From NCBI RefSeq assembly GCF_001194135.2, contig NC_068993.1, positions 24,162,578 through 24,224,952 of the forward strand: a DNA stretch of 62,375 bases, read 5' to 3'. Position 1 is the first letter of the stretch, and each line of letters opens with the position of its first letter. The notes below the pieces were generated by a model. That model was not told the DNA's origin. It was given only the letters and a program-made list of their open reading frames with translations, and did no database searches. Below, in pieces: positions 12,749-23,234 of this stretch. The translations under genes and the position numbers were made by a program. This stretch comes from Octopus bimaculoides. Its lineage: Eukaryota.

Positions 12749-14660
12749 TTTTATTATTTTACTCGTTTCAGCCATGCGGCTGCGGGCATGCTGGATCACC
12801 CCGTGGTCTTTCTGATTTCCTCAGTCTGGGGTGTTTCACATTACCACTCCTGTACGTGACTTTGTCCCAGCTGTTGGCCCATTTGGTGTATAAGGGAGTT
12901 TGATTTTGCTTCCCTCGTCTGCACCTCGTGTCGGGCTGTTGGTTCATCCTGTATTGTGGAAACGAGGATTTCTAGCTCCTTTTTGAGGTCATCTACTTCC
13001 ACCTTATACAAATTTATTAATTCTTGTAGCAAGGCATTCAAGAGCTGTGAGCCTTTGAACCCTAGACTATTGCAGTACCGAGTCCTGAATGTAGATGGAG
13101 TGGGTGGTACCTTTGGTTCAATACAATGGCAGCCAGTTCTGGCATTTGTATAATCCTCAATGCCGAGGTTAGGTACTAACCATTCTAGAGTATTCCATGT
13201 GTAGATTATTGCATATCTGTCGCGACTTCGCCCCAGAGAGTAAAGTTGCAGTTTTCTTAGCCAGTCCCAGTAGGTCATCCGCTGTATTGTTTCAATAGTT
13301 TTAGTGTAGTCGCGTTGGATTGCTTCAAATTCTGCTGTTAGTTTGGCACTATGTGATAACCATAACTGGGAGCAGTAGCTCCAGCGGCTGACAACGAAGG
13401 TTCTCCACAGTGTCAACACAGTTTCTTGGTCTTTTGTCTTGAAGGACCTCAGTATCCATCCTGTCAGTTGTCTGTACTTTGCTGCCATGTTGGTAATGTG
13501 CACATAAAATGATGCGTCATTGTGCACACTGATCTCCAAGTCTTTCACTGCCTGTGAGTCTAGGATTGTAGTGCCTTCGGGTCCGGTACATGCATGCTGT
13601 AGTGCATTCATGAGTTGATAGTACAGTGCTTGAAATTTTCAGGCATTAATCTGCATGTTGTTTTTTTCGGCCCAATTGTATATCAAATTCAGGTCCCACT
13701 GTAAGCTTGCGACGTCATCTTGGTTTCTTATTGACTATGATGATTTTGTAACATCGGCATAGCTAGTGACAGTGGCTATCCGAGTGACTGTGAGCATATC
13801 TAAGAGAGCTATTATCAACAGTAATGTTCCCAGAACAGTCCCCTGGAGGACACTACTTAGGATTTGAGTTTCCTGACTTCTGTTTTTAAAGAAGTCATGC
13901 AGTCACTCGTCCACTTTACCAGAAATGCAAAGGTCTCGTAGCTTATGACATATCATGCTGTGATCTACATTGTCAAATGCCTTTGCAAAGTCATGGTATA
14001 ACACACTGAAATATGAATGGTCAAGCAGCTGTTTCAGAACCCAGCCATAGTGCATGTTGTAGGAGTTGTGTGGGGCAGCTGCTTCCTGGACGGAAGCCAT
14101 GCTGTGTATTTTTCAGCAGGTAATTCTCTTTTAGGAACATTATCAACTTCTTTCTGATGATCCGCTTCATACTTTACACATATGTGAAGTCAGGGAGATG
14201 GTCCTGTAATTTTTGGCCTCTGCTCTACTTCCACCTTTGTGGATAGGGCATATAATGCCTTCTCTCAGCTTTTTAGAAAGTTTACCACATGCAAGGGAAC
14301 TTTGGAAAAGTATCTGAAAAGGTTTCGCTAAAACCTGCTTACATGACTTCAAAAGAATAGCTGGGAAGCCATCAGGACCCGTTGCCGATCATATCATCTA
14401 TAGTCGCTGTTACATCTGTCTCCTCAATGTTGATGCAATCAATGGTTGGCGCCTCCTTTTTTAGAGCTGCAATATTAAAGAATTCATCCGGGTTTTTATC
14501 TGCATGTGTCCAAGGAGGGAACTGAAGACACTTTTAAATTATTCACTGAGTATCTCACTTATCCTTCCTGGGTCCGCAGTAAGTGAGAAATTCCCCTGGA
14601 ACAATGGGATTTGTTTTTATGCTTTCCACGGCATATATGTATATAATCTTACAATAAAAA
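12749..14660 (-). mobile_element. CR1/L2-type LINE, 5'-truncated, RT and C-terminus, decayed
   Basis: IKTNP, GPDGFPAILLKSCK, PIHKGGSRAEAKNYRTISLTSH, DFAKAFD.VDH, V.QGTVLG.LL, YAD, GWILRSFKT, YSL.R.R.RY; 3' UTR ends in a stem-loop tail with A-rich repeats. Confidence 0.9.
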
Positions 14661-14789
14661 CCAAGAGTCTTGTGAATAGGTACCCAGTGATTCCTGATCA
14701 GAATAATATTGATTCCGCCAATCATCAAGCTGAAAGCAAGACAGTTTATCAGTTGAATTTTTGAGTAGATAAGGTTTAAACATAATAAA

Positions 14790-16320
14790 ACAAAGTGTAT
14801 GGTAATTAACCTGGCTAAGAATAAACTAGATTTAGCAAATAAAAAATAATACGAAACATTAACAATAAAATTAAGGATTCATCAAACTCATTGATATGGA
14901 CTAACAGTTTTTCGGGGATATCTCGGTTCAAATCTATCCGCAATAAAAATAAAGTGAAATTCATTCAATTTGATATTACGCATTTTTACCCATTAATATC
15001 TGAGCCGCTACTATATAATGTATTAGAGTTTGTACGTTCATTTATAACCATAAACGAGTAAGAAATATAGATCATTATGCACGCACGTATGGCATTGTTA
15101 TTCAGTAACGGATCTATTTGGACAAAAAAAGATAATTAAAGCGCACTATTTGATGTTCCAATGGGTTTATATGATAGCGCGGATATATGCGCTTTAGTTG
15201 GTTTATATATATTAAAATATCTTAATTCGAAAGTACCCGGCTATAGCATAATACACCACGATAATGGTTTAGCATTATCACACATTTGTGATAGCAATGC
15301 TATGGATTCCTTTTGAAAGTAATTAATTTCTACCTTCAGCTCTTTAGAATTTAATTATCTATCGATACCAATCCAATTAGAACTGACTTTAGATGTTTCC
15401 TTTCATCACAAAACTAATTCATATAAGCCCTTCTATAAACCTAAAGAGAACCTTAAATATATTAATGAAGACTCATGTCACCCACCTATTGTTCTTAAAA
15501 ACTCAATTCCAAATGTAAGCCGTAGGATCACATGCCTTTCTTCTTCCAGAGAAATATTTGAAAATGCCCTACAGGATAGCGGCTTTACTGATAAAAACTT
15601 CCACAACCCTACTCACCTCTGTCATCTAATCGTAAGAATAGGTCTCAGAAAGTTTTATGGTTAGTTCGCCCCGCTTTCTCCCTTAATGTTAGGATAAATG
15701 TAGGTAGAAAATTCTTGCACTTAATGCATATCCACTTCTCTAGTATCCATAGATACAATAAAATCTTTAAAAGACACAATAAAAGTTATCTTTTCTTGCC
15801 CTCCTAATGTTAAGTCATATATCAGTAAGCAACAGATGACTCAAGCCTGCTACGGATACACATGTATAGACAAATCTAAATGTCCTCTAGAACAGGAGTG
15901 TGCTGTATCTTCCGTTGTTTATAAAGAAGAGGTTTCAGAAAACTATGACGATACTAGTACAAATGTCAAACGTTAAATCGGAGCTGTTGAAGGAAAATTT
16001 AAATCCAGACGTAACAACCATCGGTCGAATTTTAGGTAACGTGATATCTTATCACGATACCTAATATTCAACTACCCTTTCGGCTTTAATCTAAAAAATT
16101 AAGTACGAAGGGACCATTTTCAATATCAAATGAGAAAGTACTCTCTAAATTCGTATCCTATATTAACGGATCTACAAACTGTTCAGTGTATTCGATTGAA
16201 AAACTCTATCTATTAAAAAACTTGAAAACCTCCAACGAATACATAAATTCAAGGAACAAATACATAAATTCTTTATGTTACATTTCAAAAAATACGTCTT
16301 GTCGGAATTTAAAATAGGCC
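14790..16320 (+). mobile_element. Penelope-like element (Neptune-type), RT plus GIY-YIG, decayed
   Basis: FIQFDITHFYPLI, FDVPMGLYDSADICALVGLY, HDNGL (RDDGL), SCHPP, KCPLEQEC..SSVVYK, IGAVEGKFKSR.NNH. Confidence 0.85.
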
Positions 16321-16401
16321 ACTGGACACCTAGTAAACCATTAACGTCTGGTTCCGTCTACTTGACATCGAATTATTGTAACATCGGTTATTCTCCTTGT
16401 A

Positions 16402-16440
16402 TTTTTCTTGTTTATAAGCGTGACTTATAAACAAGAAAAA
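16402..16440. repeat. Perfect 17-bp inverted repeat with 5-nt loop
   Basis: tttttcttgtttataag-cgtga-cttataaacaagaaaaa. Confidence 0.95.
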
Positions 16441-16462
16441 CACAACTGAAAAACTTTCTTGC

Positions 16463-16522
16463 TTTCAGCTGGTTAAATGGCGGAATAAATTATTATTTCG
16501 ACCAGAAAACTCTGGGTAGCTA
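16463..16522 (+). ncRNA. Decayed hammerhead-like motif at the expected 3' terminal repeat of the Penelope element
   Basis: CTGGTTA (two changes from CTGATGA), imperfect stem II, GAAA, ACTC.GGGT, A, then GCT pairing with upstream AGC. Confidence 0.35.
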
Positions 16523-16620
16523 TTTGCAAGATTGGTCCGTTTTATTTTAAGATTATCTTTACTCTCTTATCTGATCGACTGCTTTCCTACTTGTTGAAGC
16601 ATTACCACATAATTTATATG

Positions 16621-16728
16621 TTCTTTTATTCTTTTACTTGTTTCATTCATTTGACTGCGGCCTTGCTGGAGCACCGCCTTTTAGTCGAAGAAATCGAATT
16701 CAGGACTTATTCTTCGTAAGCCTGGTAC
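16621..16728 (-). mobile_element. SINE 3' part with a LINE-like tail
   Basis: Reverse complement agtaccaggctt..ttcgactaaaaggcggtgctccagcaaggccgcagtcaaatgaatgaaacaagtaaaagaataaaag; tail aligns with 12749-12800. Confidence 0.8.
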
Positions 16729-16889
16729 TGAAGAATGGACAAAAATTCTTTTGTAAACAATTCAAACTTTGTACGAGTCTATACCTCGAAGAATTTAAGC
16801 CATAATTACTGGCAAAGGCGGTCCTACCCCAAATTGAAATAAATTTGTTTGAAATTTTAAAGTTTTTCCATTATTTTCTCCAACCCCTT

Positions 16890-17112
16890 TATATATATAT
16901 AGTGAATCCCCAAAAACGAAGGACAAATGCAAACAGAAAGCAACAACGCGAGTACGTGGTATATATAAAGTATTAGCAGACGCTCAGGGAAGGAAAGAAA
17001 TATGGTTTAACGTTTCGAGCTGAGCTCTTCTTCAGAAACAGAGTTAAGTCCAATGGAAAAGGAAGACGCGGGAAGAAAATTGCCAACGATTCACATGTGG
17101 TTACATTTTGAA
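16890..17112 (-). mobile_element. Solo Penelope-type terminal repeat (pLTR) next to (TA)n
   Basis: Starts at a (TA)n boundary, carries the acgtttcg/hammerhead motif typical of PLE repeats; resembles a recalled abundant octopus repeat. Confidence 0.7.
17005..17039 (-). ncRNA. Minimal type I hammerhead ribozyme motif
   Basis: GTTT-CTGAAGA-A-GAGC-TCA-GCTC-GAAA-CG-T-T-AAAC: stem I GTTT/AAAC, intact core, palindromic AACGTT stem III, GUU cleavage triplet. Confidence 0.75.
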
Positions 17113-17767
17113 ATAACCGAAAAGGAACTGGTGATGAAAAAGTTTTTTCTATGATAGGAGAGTGTAAGAGAAGGAGGTATGTGTGTGTATGTGTGGTTAT
17201 GTACGTATGCACAAGTTTGTGTCTGGGTGTATATGCTGTGTGTATGTATGTGTTGTGTGTGTGTATGTGTTCTGTGTGTGGTGCTTGTGTGGTGTTGGCT
17301 GTTTACATGCATATGTGTGAGTGAACATTGCGTCTTAATGTTGTAGGAAGAGTTCAGCAGCATGGTAAAAGGAGTAGCAGTCGTTCGTGTAGTTGTGTGT
17401 CTCTTCACATGTGCGTAGAGGAATGGGCAGTGGAAAGGTGTTTTACTGGCAGTTTGAAGTACGTGTGTGCGTGTGTATGTATGCGTGTGCGTGTGTATGC
17501 ATGTGTTGTTGTGTATGTATATGTTTTGTATGAGTTTTGTGTGTAGTGTGTGCATGCGTCTCTGTGTATGCGTGTGTGAGTTTGTGTGTGGGGAAGGGGG
17601 AAAGGTACAAGATGTAAAAAAGAAAGGGGGAAGGGTACAAGGTGTAAACATTTTTTTAAATTAATATAAAAAATGTGTTCATTTACTTGATATAATGAAA
17701 TAATTTTTGTGTCTGAATGTTAGCATTTAATTTATGTGTGAATATCTTTTGAATTTATATATAATTT

Positions 17768-18129
17768 TTAAGACAACCATAACCGAATTTTTTCCTTATT
17801 CAAAGCTGGAAGAACAACATGCATGACCGTTTTCAGGACTGGCATAACTGAGAAAAGAAACAAAAAAAGAACAAGAAGAAGGTTACTCTGACACCGAAGA
17901 TACGGCTTGAATACTTCGAACCGAGTGGGTGGAGAGGTGTCGCTGTGGCAGGTAATGCTCAGGAAATGTAGAGTTATTACTTGATGTGTATTTGATGTAT
18001 TTGTTTTAAGACACGAGACAAGTAAATGAAAAGTTGACCTTCTGCTAATTCGAACTAAGAACGTATGAGGATGCATTTTGTCGGAAGCTCCACCGATTCT
18101 ACCTATTTGTTGATTCATGTGAGATGATA
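17768..18129 (-). CDS. Candidate terminal exon of the minus-strand gene
   Basis: Polypyrimidine tract then tgaag acceptor; the only open frame is phase 1, matching the donor at 22088; 119 codons to TAA, ends ...PPTRFEVFKPYLRCQS followed by a hydrophobic stretch; locally raised GC. Confidence 0.35.
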
Positions 18130-18913
18130 CTTCAATATATAAAAAAGAGAGACAATGAAGAATAGTCACGTATGTTTATTCATGACGGTCAAAATATTCA
18201 TGTTTTGACAAGATTATTATTATTAATATTTTTTAGCTGTGTATGGAGAAATATTTTCTTTATTAAGTAAGCAACAGACAGAAATATTTTTCAGCTGAAA
18301 GCGACCTATTTCAACGACCTTTATTTTCTTCATTTCACTATATTATTTATATTAGCATAATTCTTTATGTCCACCAGCAAACGCTTTGTTACAACGCCAC
18401 AGGCTTTTATATATATTGCTGAGACATAAATCAGCATAGTTTCCATTTCATCATAAAAGAGTGACAACCAAAATAATAAATACATGTCGACTAAACCATC
18501 AAAAGTTACCATTTAATTATCTACTATGTACAATAGTGGATTGAAGAATACAGGAAAATGTGCCTTATCAGTTAGTAAGATGTTGGTATATTTAATATTT
18601 TTGTTGAAATTCGACACACGCATCGCTCAGGAATTATGCATACTTTTCTCGCAGGAAAGTATCATAATTTGTGTGTTATCGTTTTCTCACATTTGTTATG
18701 GCGATTTTATTACTACCAGGGCAAACGTATTTAATATATTGAGTTGTTAAAATTCGCAATATAAATATATTCGTGCTTATTAATATCAATGCATGCATGA
18801 GTTTAAGTAGAAAAAATCCAATTACAAATATAGAAATATTTAAGTACATGTATTTGTGTGTGTTTATGTGTGTGTGTGAGTGAGTGTGTGTAAGTGTGTG
18901 TATGTATGCATGT

Positions 18914-18962
<49 letters not shown>

Positions 18963-18989
18963 TATTATAATTTATATGATATACATTTA

Positions 18990-19297
18990 GGAAAGCGCAT
19001 GATTCAGTGGTTAGAACGTCGGATGCATCATAATGAGTTCGATTCTGGGACCGGACTGTGGGTTGTTGTTTTTGACCAAGACACTTTATTTCACATTACT
19101 CCAGTTCACTCAGCTATAGGAATGAGTTGCGAGGTCACTGATCCGAAGCTGTATCGGCTTTTGCCTTTCACTTGGATAACATCGGTACCGTGGAGAGGGG
19201 AGGCTGTTATGCATAGGCGACTAGCCTTTCCTGGACTTGTGCCACGTGGAGAACTTTCTTGATGCGATCCTATGGTCATTCATAACCGAAGTGGGTG
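18990..19297 (+). mobile_element. tRNA-head SINE, near complete
   Basis: A-box-like tgattcagtggttag, B-box-like gagttcgattct, core ttgaccaagacactttatttcac..ccagttcactcagct. Confidence 0.85.
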
Positions 19298-19345
19298 TTA
19301 AATTTTTTTTAATGAAATACATGTGATATACATGTGTTTTTGCGT

Positions 19346-19411
<66 letters not shown>

Positions 19412-19463
19412 CACACATGTAATATTATTTAATTAGATAGTATAATCACTATTGTATGAATCA

Positions 19464-19744
19464 GGTAATTGCAACTCGGAAAATAGACGCGGGTAAGAGG
19501 TTTAGATTGTGTGTTCCATCTATTATTTAACAAGCGCAGCACAAAATACTGTAGCTTTGTGTAAGGATTACTTACCTAGTGGAATTGGAAAAGAATTGGC
19601 TAGTTTGTGCATGCAGGCTGCTACTTTTAGATTAGATATCTTTGCTATCGCTATTACAGGTATTTTGTGCTGCGCTTGTTAAATGATAGACGGATCACAT
19701 TATCCGAACCTCTTACTCGCGTCAACTGTCCAAGTTGCATTACC
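19464..19744. mobile_element. MITE with about 90-bp TIRs and TCA target-site duplication (PIF/Harbinger-like)
   Basis: Left arm ggtaattgcaact..acaagcgcagcacaaaatac is the reverse complement of the right arm; tca at 19461-19463 and 19745-19747. Confidence 0.8.
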
Positions 19745-19879
19745 TCATTTACTCGATAATGATTATACTATCAAATTAAATAATATCAACGCCACCTATA
19801 TAATATTCCATATTGTTAATTATTAGATTACTCTCTACATCTGGCTTTCTTTGATATCCCATCTAGTATTTCCTCTAAC

Positions 19880-20540
19880 TTGGTGTAGTTTATTATATAA
19901 CACCTTCTTTCTTTAAACTCCTTAATGATAAGTAGTACTCTATTACTACTACCAGGTTTTTCCTCTCCAGGCAAACATTTCCAAATATTAGAAGTGACCC
20001 CCACTAGCCATATGCATATTGGTATCTAAATCAACACGCTACATCTTTCCACTTTACCAGATAAATCATTCGCGCTTAACACTACAATTTCTTAAAAGTT
20101 AGACCTCATTGAATTGCCTTGGTACCCTCCCCCAAATTTCAACCAATATCCACTGAATACCCCTAAATTTCTTGTATCTCTGCCTTCCTCCCTTTATCTA
20201 GAGAATCCTAAACCCCGACCTTATGCCTGATTGGCTTGTATGCATTTATTTTCCTTCACTTTAACTTCTGCATTCTTTATTCTTTCTTTATTCTTTATCC
20301 TTAATTTATCTTAAGCCATCTACCAGCTACCTAATGCCCTAAGCCTACTACAATGAAATATCGCCTACAATAAAATATCACCCCATTGCAGCCTGCCTAA
20401 GAACCAGTGTAGTAGACTCCTATCTCACCCGGATCGCTGATCTTAGATATCATATTACACCCTTTCACAAACTATATTCTTCACCTCAACGGCCAAATTT
20501 GTTGGTCATTCCCGCATTTCATAGTTGACCTCGACTGACT
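19880..20540 (-). mobile_element. RTE-clade LINE APE endonuclease relic, highly decayed
   Basis: Minus-strand residues FIVGD, EGT(K), SG, KCLPGEE match RTE APE motifs (GDFNGHVG..N.EG.R..K.LPGEE..QH). Confidence 0.5.
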
Positions 20541-20921
20541 TCAGCCACATCCCTGCTGTTTTCTTGGGATATCTTTTTGTTTGTAAAATTAAGCTTAATC
20601 TGATGATCACGGCTTTTTGTAATGGAGTAATGTTATCATTCTTCTATTAAAAAGATGCGTAAGAAACAGTTGTAATGAGCTGACAATTATCCATCGTATG
20701 TTATTATTCATTTGATTAGAATTCACCAAGGGAATTTACGACTTGTCGGACACACTAAAGTATACCAACAACGTAGAATTCAACGTAACGTGTGCTTTGN
20801 NNNNNNNNNNNNNNNNNNNNNNNNNNNNNNNNNNNNNNNNNNNNNNNNNNNNNNNNNNNNNNNNNNNNNNNNNNNNNNNNNNNNNNNNNNNNNNNNNNNN
20901 NNNNNNNNNNNNNNNNNNNNN

Positions 20922-20962
<41 letters not shown>

Positions 20963-21199
20963 TATACATATATATATATATTATATATGTGCCAAAATGG
21001 CTTTCGGCTGACCAAAAGGGTATGCGGGTTTTCCTTGAAGACGATCACCTTGATATATATAACGTATAATGTATATATACTAGATATATGTACGGTGTAT
21101 TTGTACATTTGCATTTGTAATTGAACCTGCGCATTACTTTTTGAGTTACTTTAAAGAAATTTAATGGATAACAGTGGCATACCAAGGAGTGATCGATAA

Positions 21200-21818
21200 G
21201 TACACTAGTCTGATCAATAAGTATCCGGACTGTTGCCATAATAACGAAGCTCAAATGCGCAGAGTAAAGCTGCTCGGCACAAATTGACTTTGACCGCTGC
21301 TGCGCATGCGCACTAAGTTTTAACATTCTAGTTCACTTCTGATGTTTACAGCAGTGCTTGGAAGGAAGGTGTGTAGCGTGTGATCGTTGCATTAACCATG
21401 ACAGAGATAGTTGTCATGACGATACTTTCTCAGAGGCCTACGCAAAGTTACAGAAAATGTATGGGGAGGAGTGTATGAGCTACGCACAAGCGTACCAGTG
21501 GTTCAGATGTTTCCAAGATAGCCGAAAAAATGTCGAATGTTCTGGGAGACCCGCAACCAGCATAGCTGAGAAAAACATCGCAGATGTGCGTGCATGTTGT
21601 GACAGGAAATCGTCGAATCATCGTGAAATCGTTAAATGATCAGAGGATGTGCTGATTAGTTGTGGTTCAGTTCAGTCTATTGTCACAGATTTAGGTATGA
21701 GACGCGTGTCTGCCAAGTCTGTGCCAAAACGGCTTTCAGCTGACCAAAAGGGTATGCGGGTTTTCCTTGAAGAAGATCACCTTGATTGTGTTGAGAGCAA
21801 GGAAAACGTTTTGAAAAA
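21200..21818 (+). mobile_element. mariner transposon 5' half with TIR
   Basis: TA-flanked TIR cactagtctgatcaataagtatccggactg; AYAKLQKMYGEECMS..YQWFRCF..SGRPATS..DLGMRRVSAKSVPKRLSADQK. Confidence 0.85.
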
Positions 21819-22029
21819 CTTTGCACAGGTCTCTGAGCAGATATCGTCAAGCTTTTGGCAAAATTTGATGCAGATTCTCTGCTCAGCTTTCTCTCTCATT
21901 GTTAATGAGACGATCACGTGGTACACACTTTCCTTCCAAGCACTGCTGTAGACACGGAAGTGAGCTCGAACGTTCAAACTTAGTGTGCTTGCATAGCAAA
22001 ATGTAAGGTCAATCTCTGCATAGCGGCTT
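21812..22029 (-). mobile_element. Second 5' end of the same mariner family, inverted
   Basis: MREKAEQRICIKFCQKLDDICSETCAK; upstream sequence aligns with about 21260-21450. Confidence 0.85.
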
Positions 22030-22087
22030 TACTCTGTTTATGAAAGCAGAATTCCCAACCTAATTTCCAGTATTATTCCGAGGGTAC

Positions 22088-22233
22088 CTAACGGCTCGCA
22101 GGGATTTAGAGACACTGTAGTAACATATGCCGTGTCATTCATGGTGGGGCTCATCTCTTTCTCTCTCGGTCCGAAGACAGCCGACTTATTCCAGAAAAAT
22201 TTATTCATAGTGATGGTTCTGTATTTATTGCAC
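22088..22233 (-). CDS. Internal exon C of a putative APCDD1-like gene
   Basis: Polypyrimidine tract with gag acceptor, G|gtaccc donor, 146 nt, phase 2 to 1, (R)CNKYRTITMNKFFWNKSAVFGPREKEMSPTMNDTAYVTTVSLNPCEPL. Confidence 0.6.
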
Positions 22234-22312
22234 CTCAAAAAGTGAAAGACAATGAACACGACATTGGGTTTTGATTAGAGAATGCATGAAATAACATATC
22301 AATGCGTGAAAT

Positions 22313-22552
22313 TTCGTGGCCTAGTCACCAGGGTGTTGTACTCAGGATCTTTTGGTCGTGTTTCGATCCCCCGGACCGGCTAATGCGCTATGTTTTCGAG
22401 CAAAATACTTAATTTCACGTTGCTTCAGTCCATTTTGTTGTAAAAGAGCAACCGGCGACGTACAGCGTCCTGTTCCGATCACTTAAACGACATAGAAATC
22501 TAGAAACCAGGTAACTGGCCTGATGAGTCTTAGGGCTCAAGACAGAACTAAT
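22313..22552 (+). mobile_element. tRNA-head SINE inside the predicted intron
   Basis: gtggcctagt..gtttcgatccccggacc head; core ttcgagcaaaatacttaatttcacgttgcttcagtcc related to the 18990 SINE core. Confidence 0.65.
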
Positions 22553-22584
22553 CAATAAGTGTGCTATCAATTCTACCAACTCAC

Positions 22585-22755
22585 CGATATAAAATGCACT
22601 CTACCCAAAAGGAATTGCTTGGTTGATACCTAGTATCGATGATGGTAAATAACCCAGAAACCATTGGTCTACTGGTGCTACTAACGCCGAGAAGGGTGTA
22701 GTAAGCTCCCTCGCTCACAGTATATCTCGAACACGGATCATTAATCGATAACCAG
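22585..22755 (-). CDS. Internal exon B of a putative APCDD1-like gene
   Basis: acttttgcag acceptor, CG|gtgagt consensus donor, 171 nt open, phase 2 to 2, WLSINDPCSRYTVSEGAYYTLLGVSSTSRPMVSGLFTIIDTRYQPSNSFWVECILY. Confidence 0.7.
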
Positions 22756-23126
22756 CTGCAAAAGTTATTTCCCTGGGGTTAAAAGTTAGTAACATAGTCC
22801 TACGCAGGACCGCCACTTTATGTTGAAAATAGGTCGTTGTACATGAAATATGTCTTCTAGATAGGAATTTCTCTCAAGAATTATTATGAACACACATCTG
22901 TTCGCTACTATATTAGAATAGGAATTTTTCACGTCCCGTGTTAAAATTTATTATTTATTATCAATAAACTTAAATTGATTTCTGTACTCCCGTATCTGTT
23001 TGCTAAGACGTTACAGCATTCCCAGATAAAGATTTCTTGCATTCGCACGTGACTATAAATTTGGGATAGAGGTACTTTCGATTAAAATGATACCATTATG
23101 TATCAACTATCAATTCTTTTATAAAC

Positions 23127-23234
23127 GTAAGGCCGAAGAAAAAATCAGGTGAATTTGAATAGGGTCGTGGTTGTCTACTGGAAGAAATTTGAGCAGGCCA
23201 GCAACGACTCTTCCAAACACCTCCGTTCATGTCA
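23127..23234 (-). CDS. Internal exon A of a putative APCDD1-like gene
   Basis: ttattatatgtttag acceptor, weak AC|gtttat donor, 108 nt, phase 2 to 2, DMNGGVWKSRCWPAQISSSRQPRPYSNSPDFFFGLT. Confidence 0.55.

Noticed and set aside
16466-16512. Apparent + strand mini-exon LVKWRNKLLFRPENS
   Set aside because: Better explained as the decayed hammerhead region of the Penelope terminal repeat
18990-19060. tRNA-like heads (also 22313, 46116, 46170)
   Set aside because: No complete cloverleaf; they continue into SINE bodies, so not tRNA genes
22519-22545. CTGATGA inside the SINE
   Set aside because: No downstream GAAA; the bases form a local GAGTC/GGCTC hairpin of the SINE
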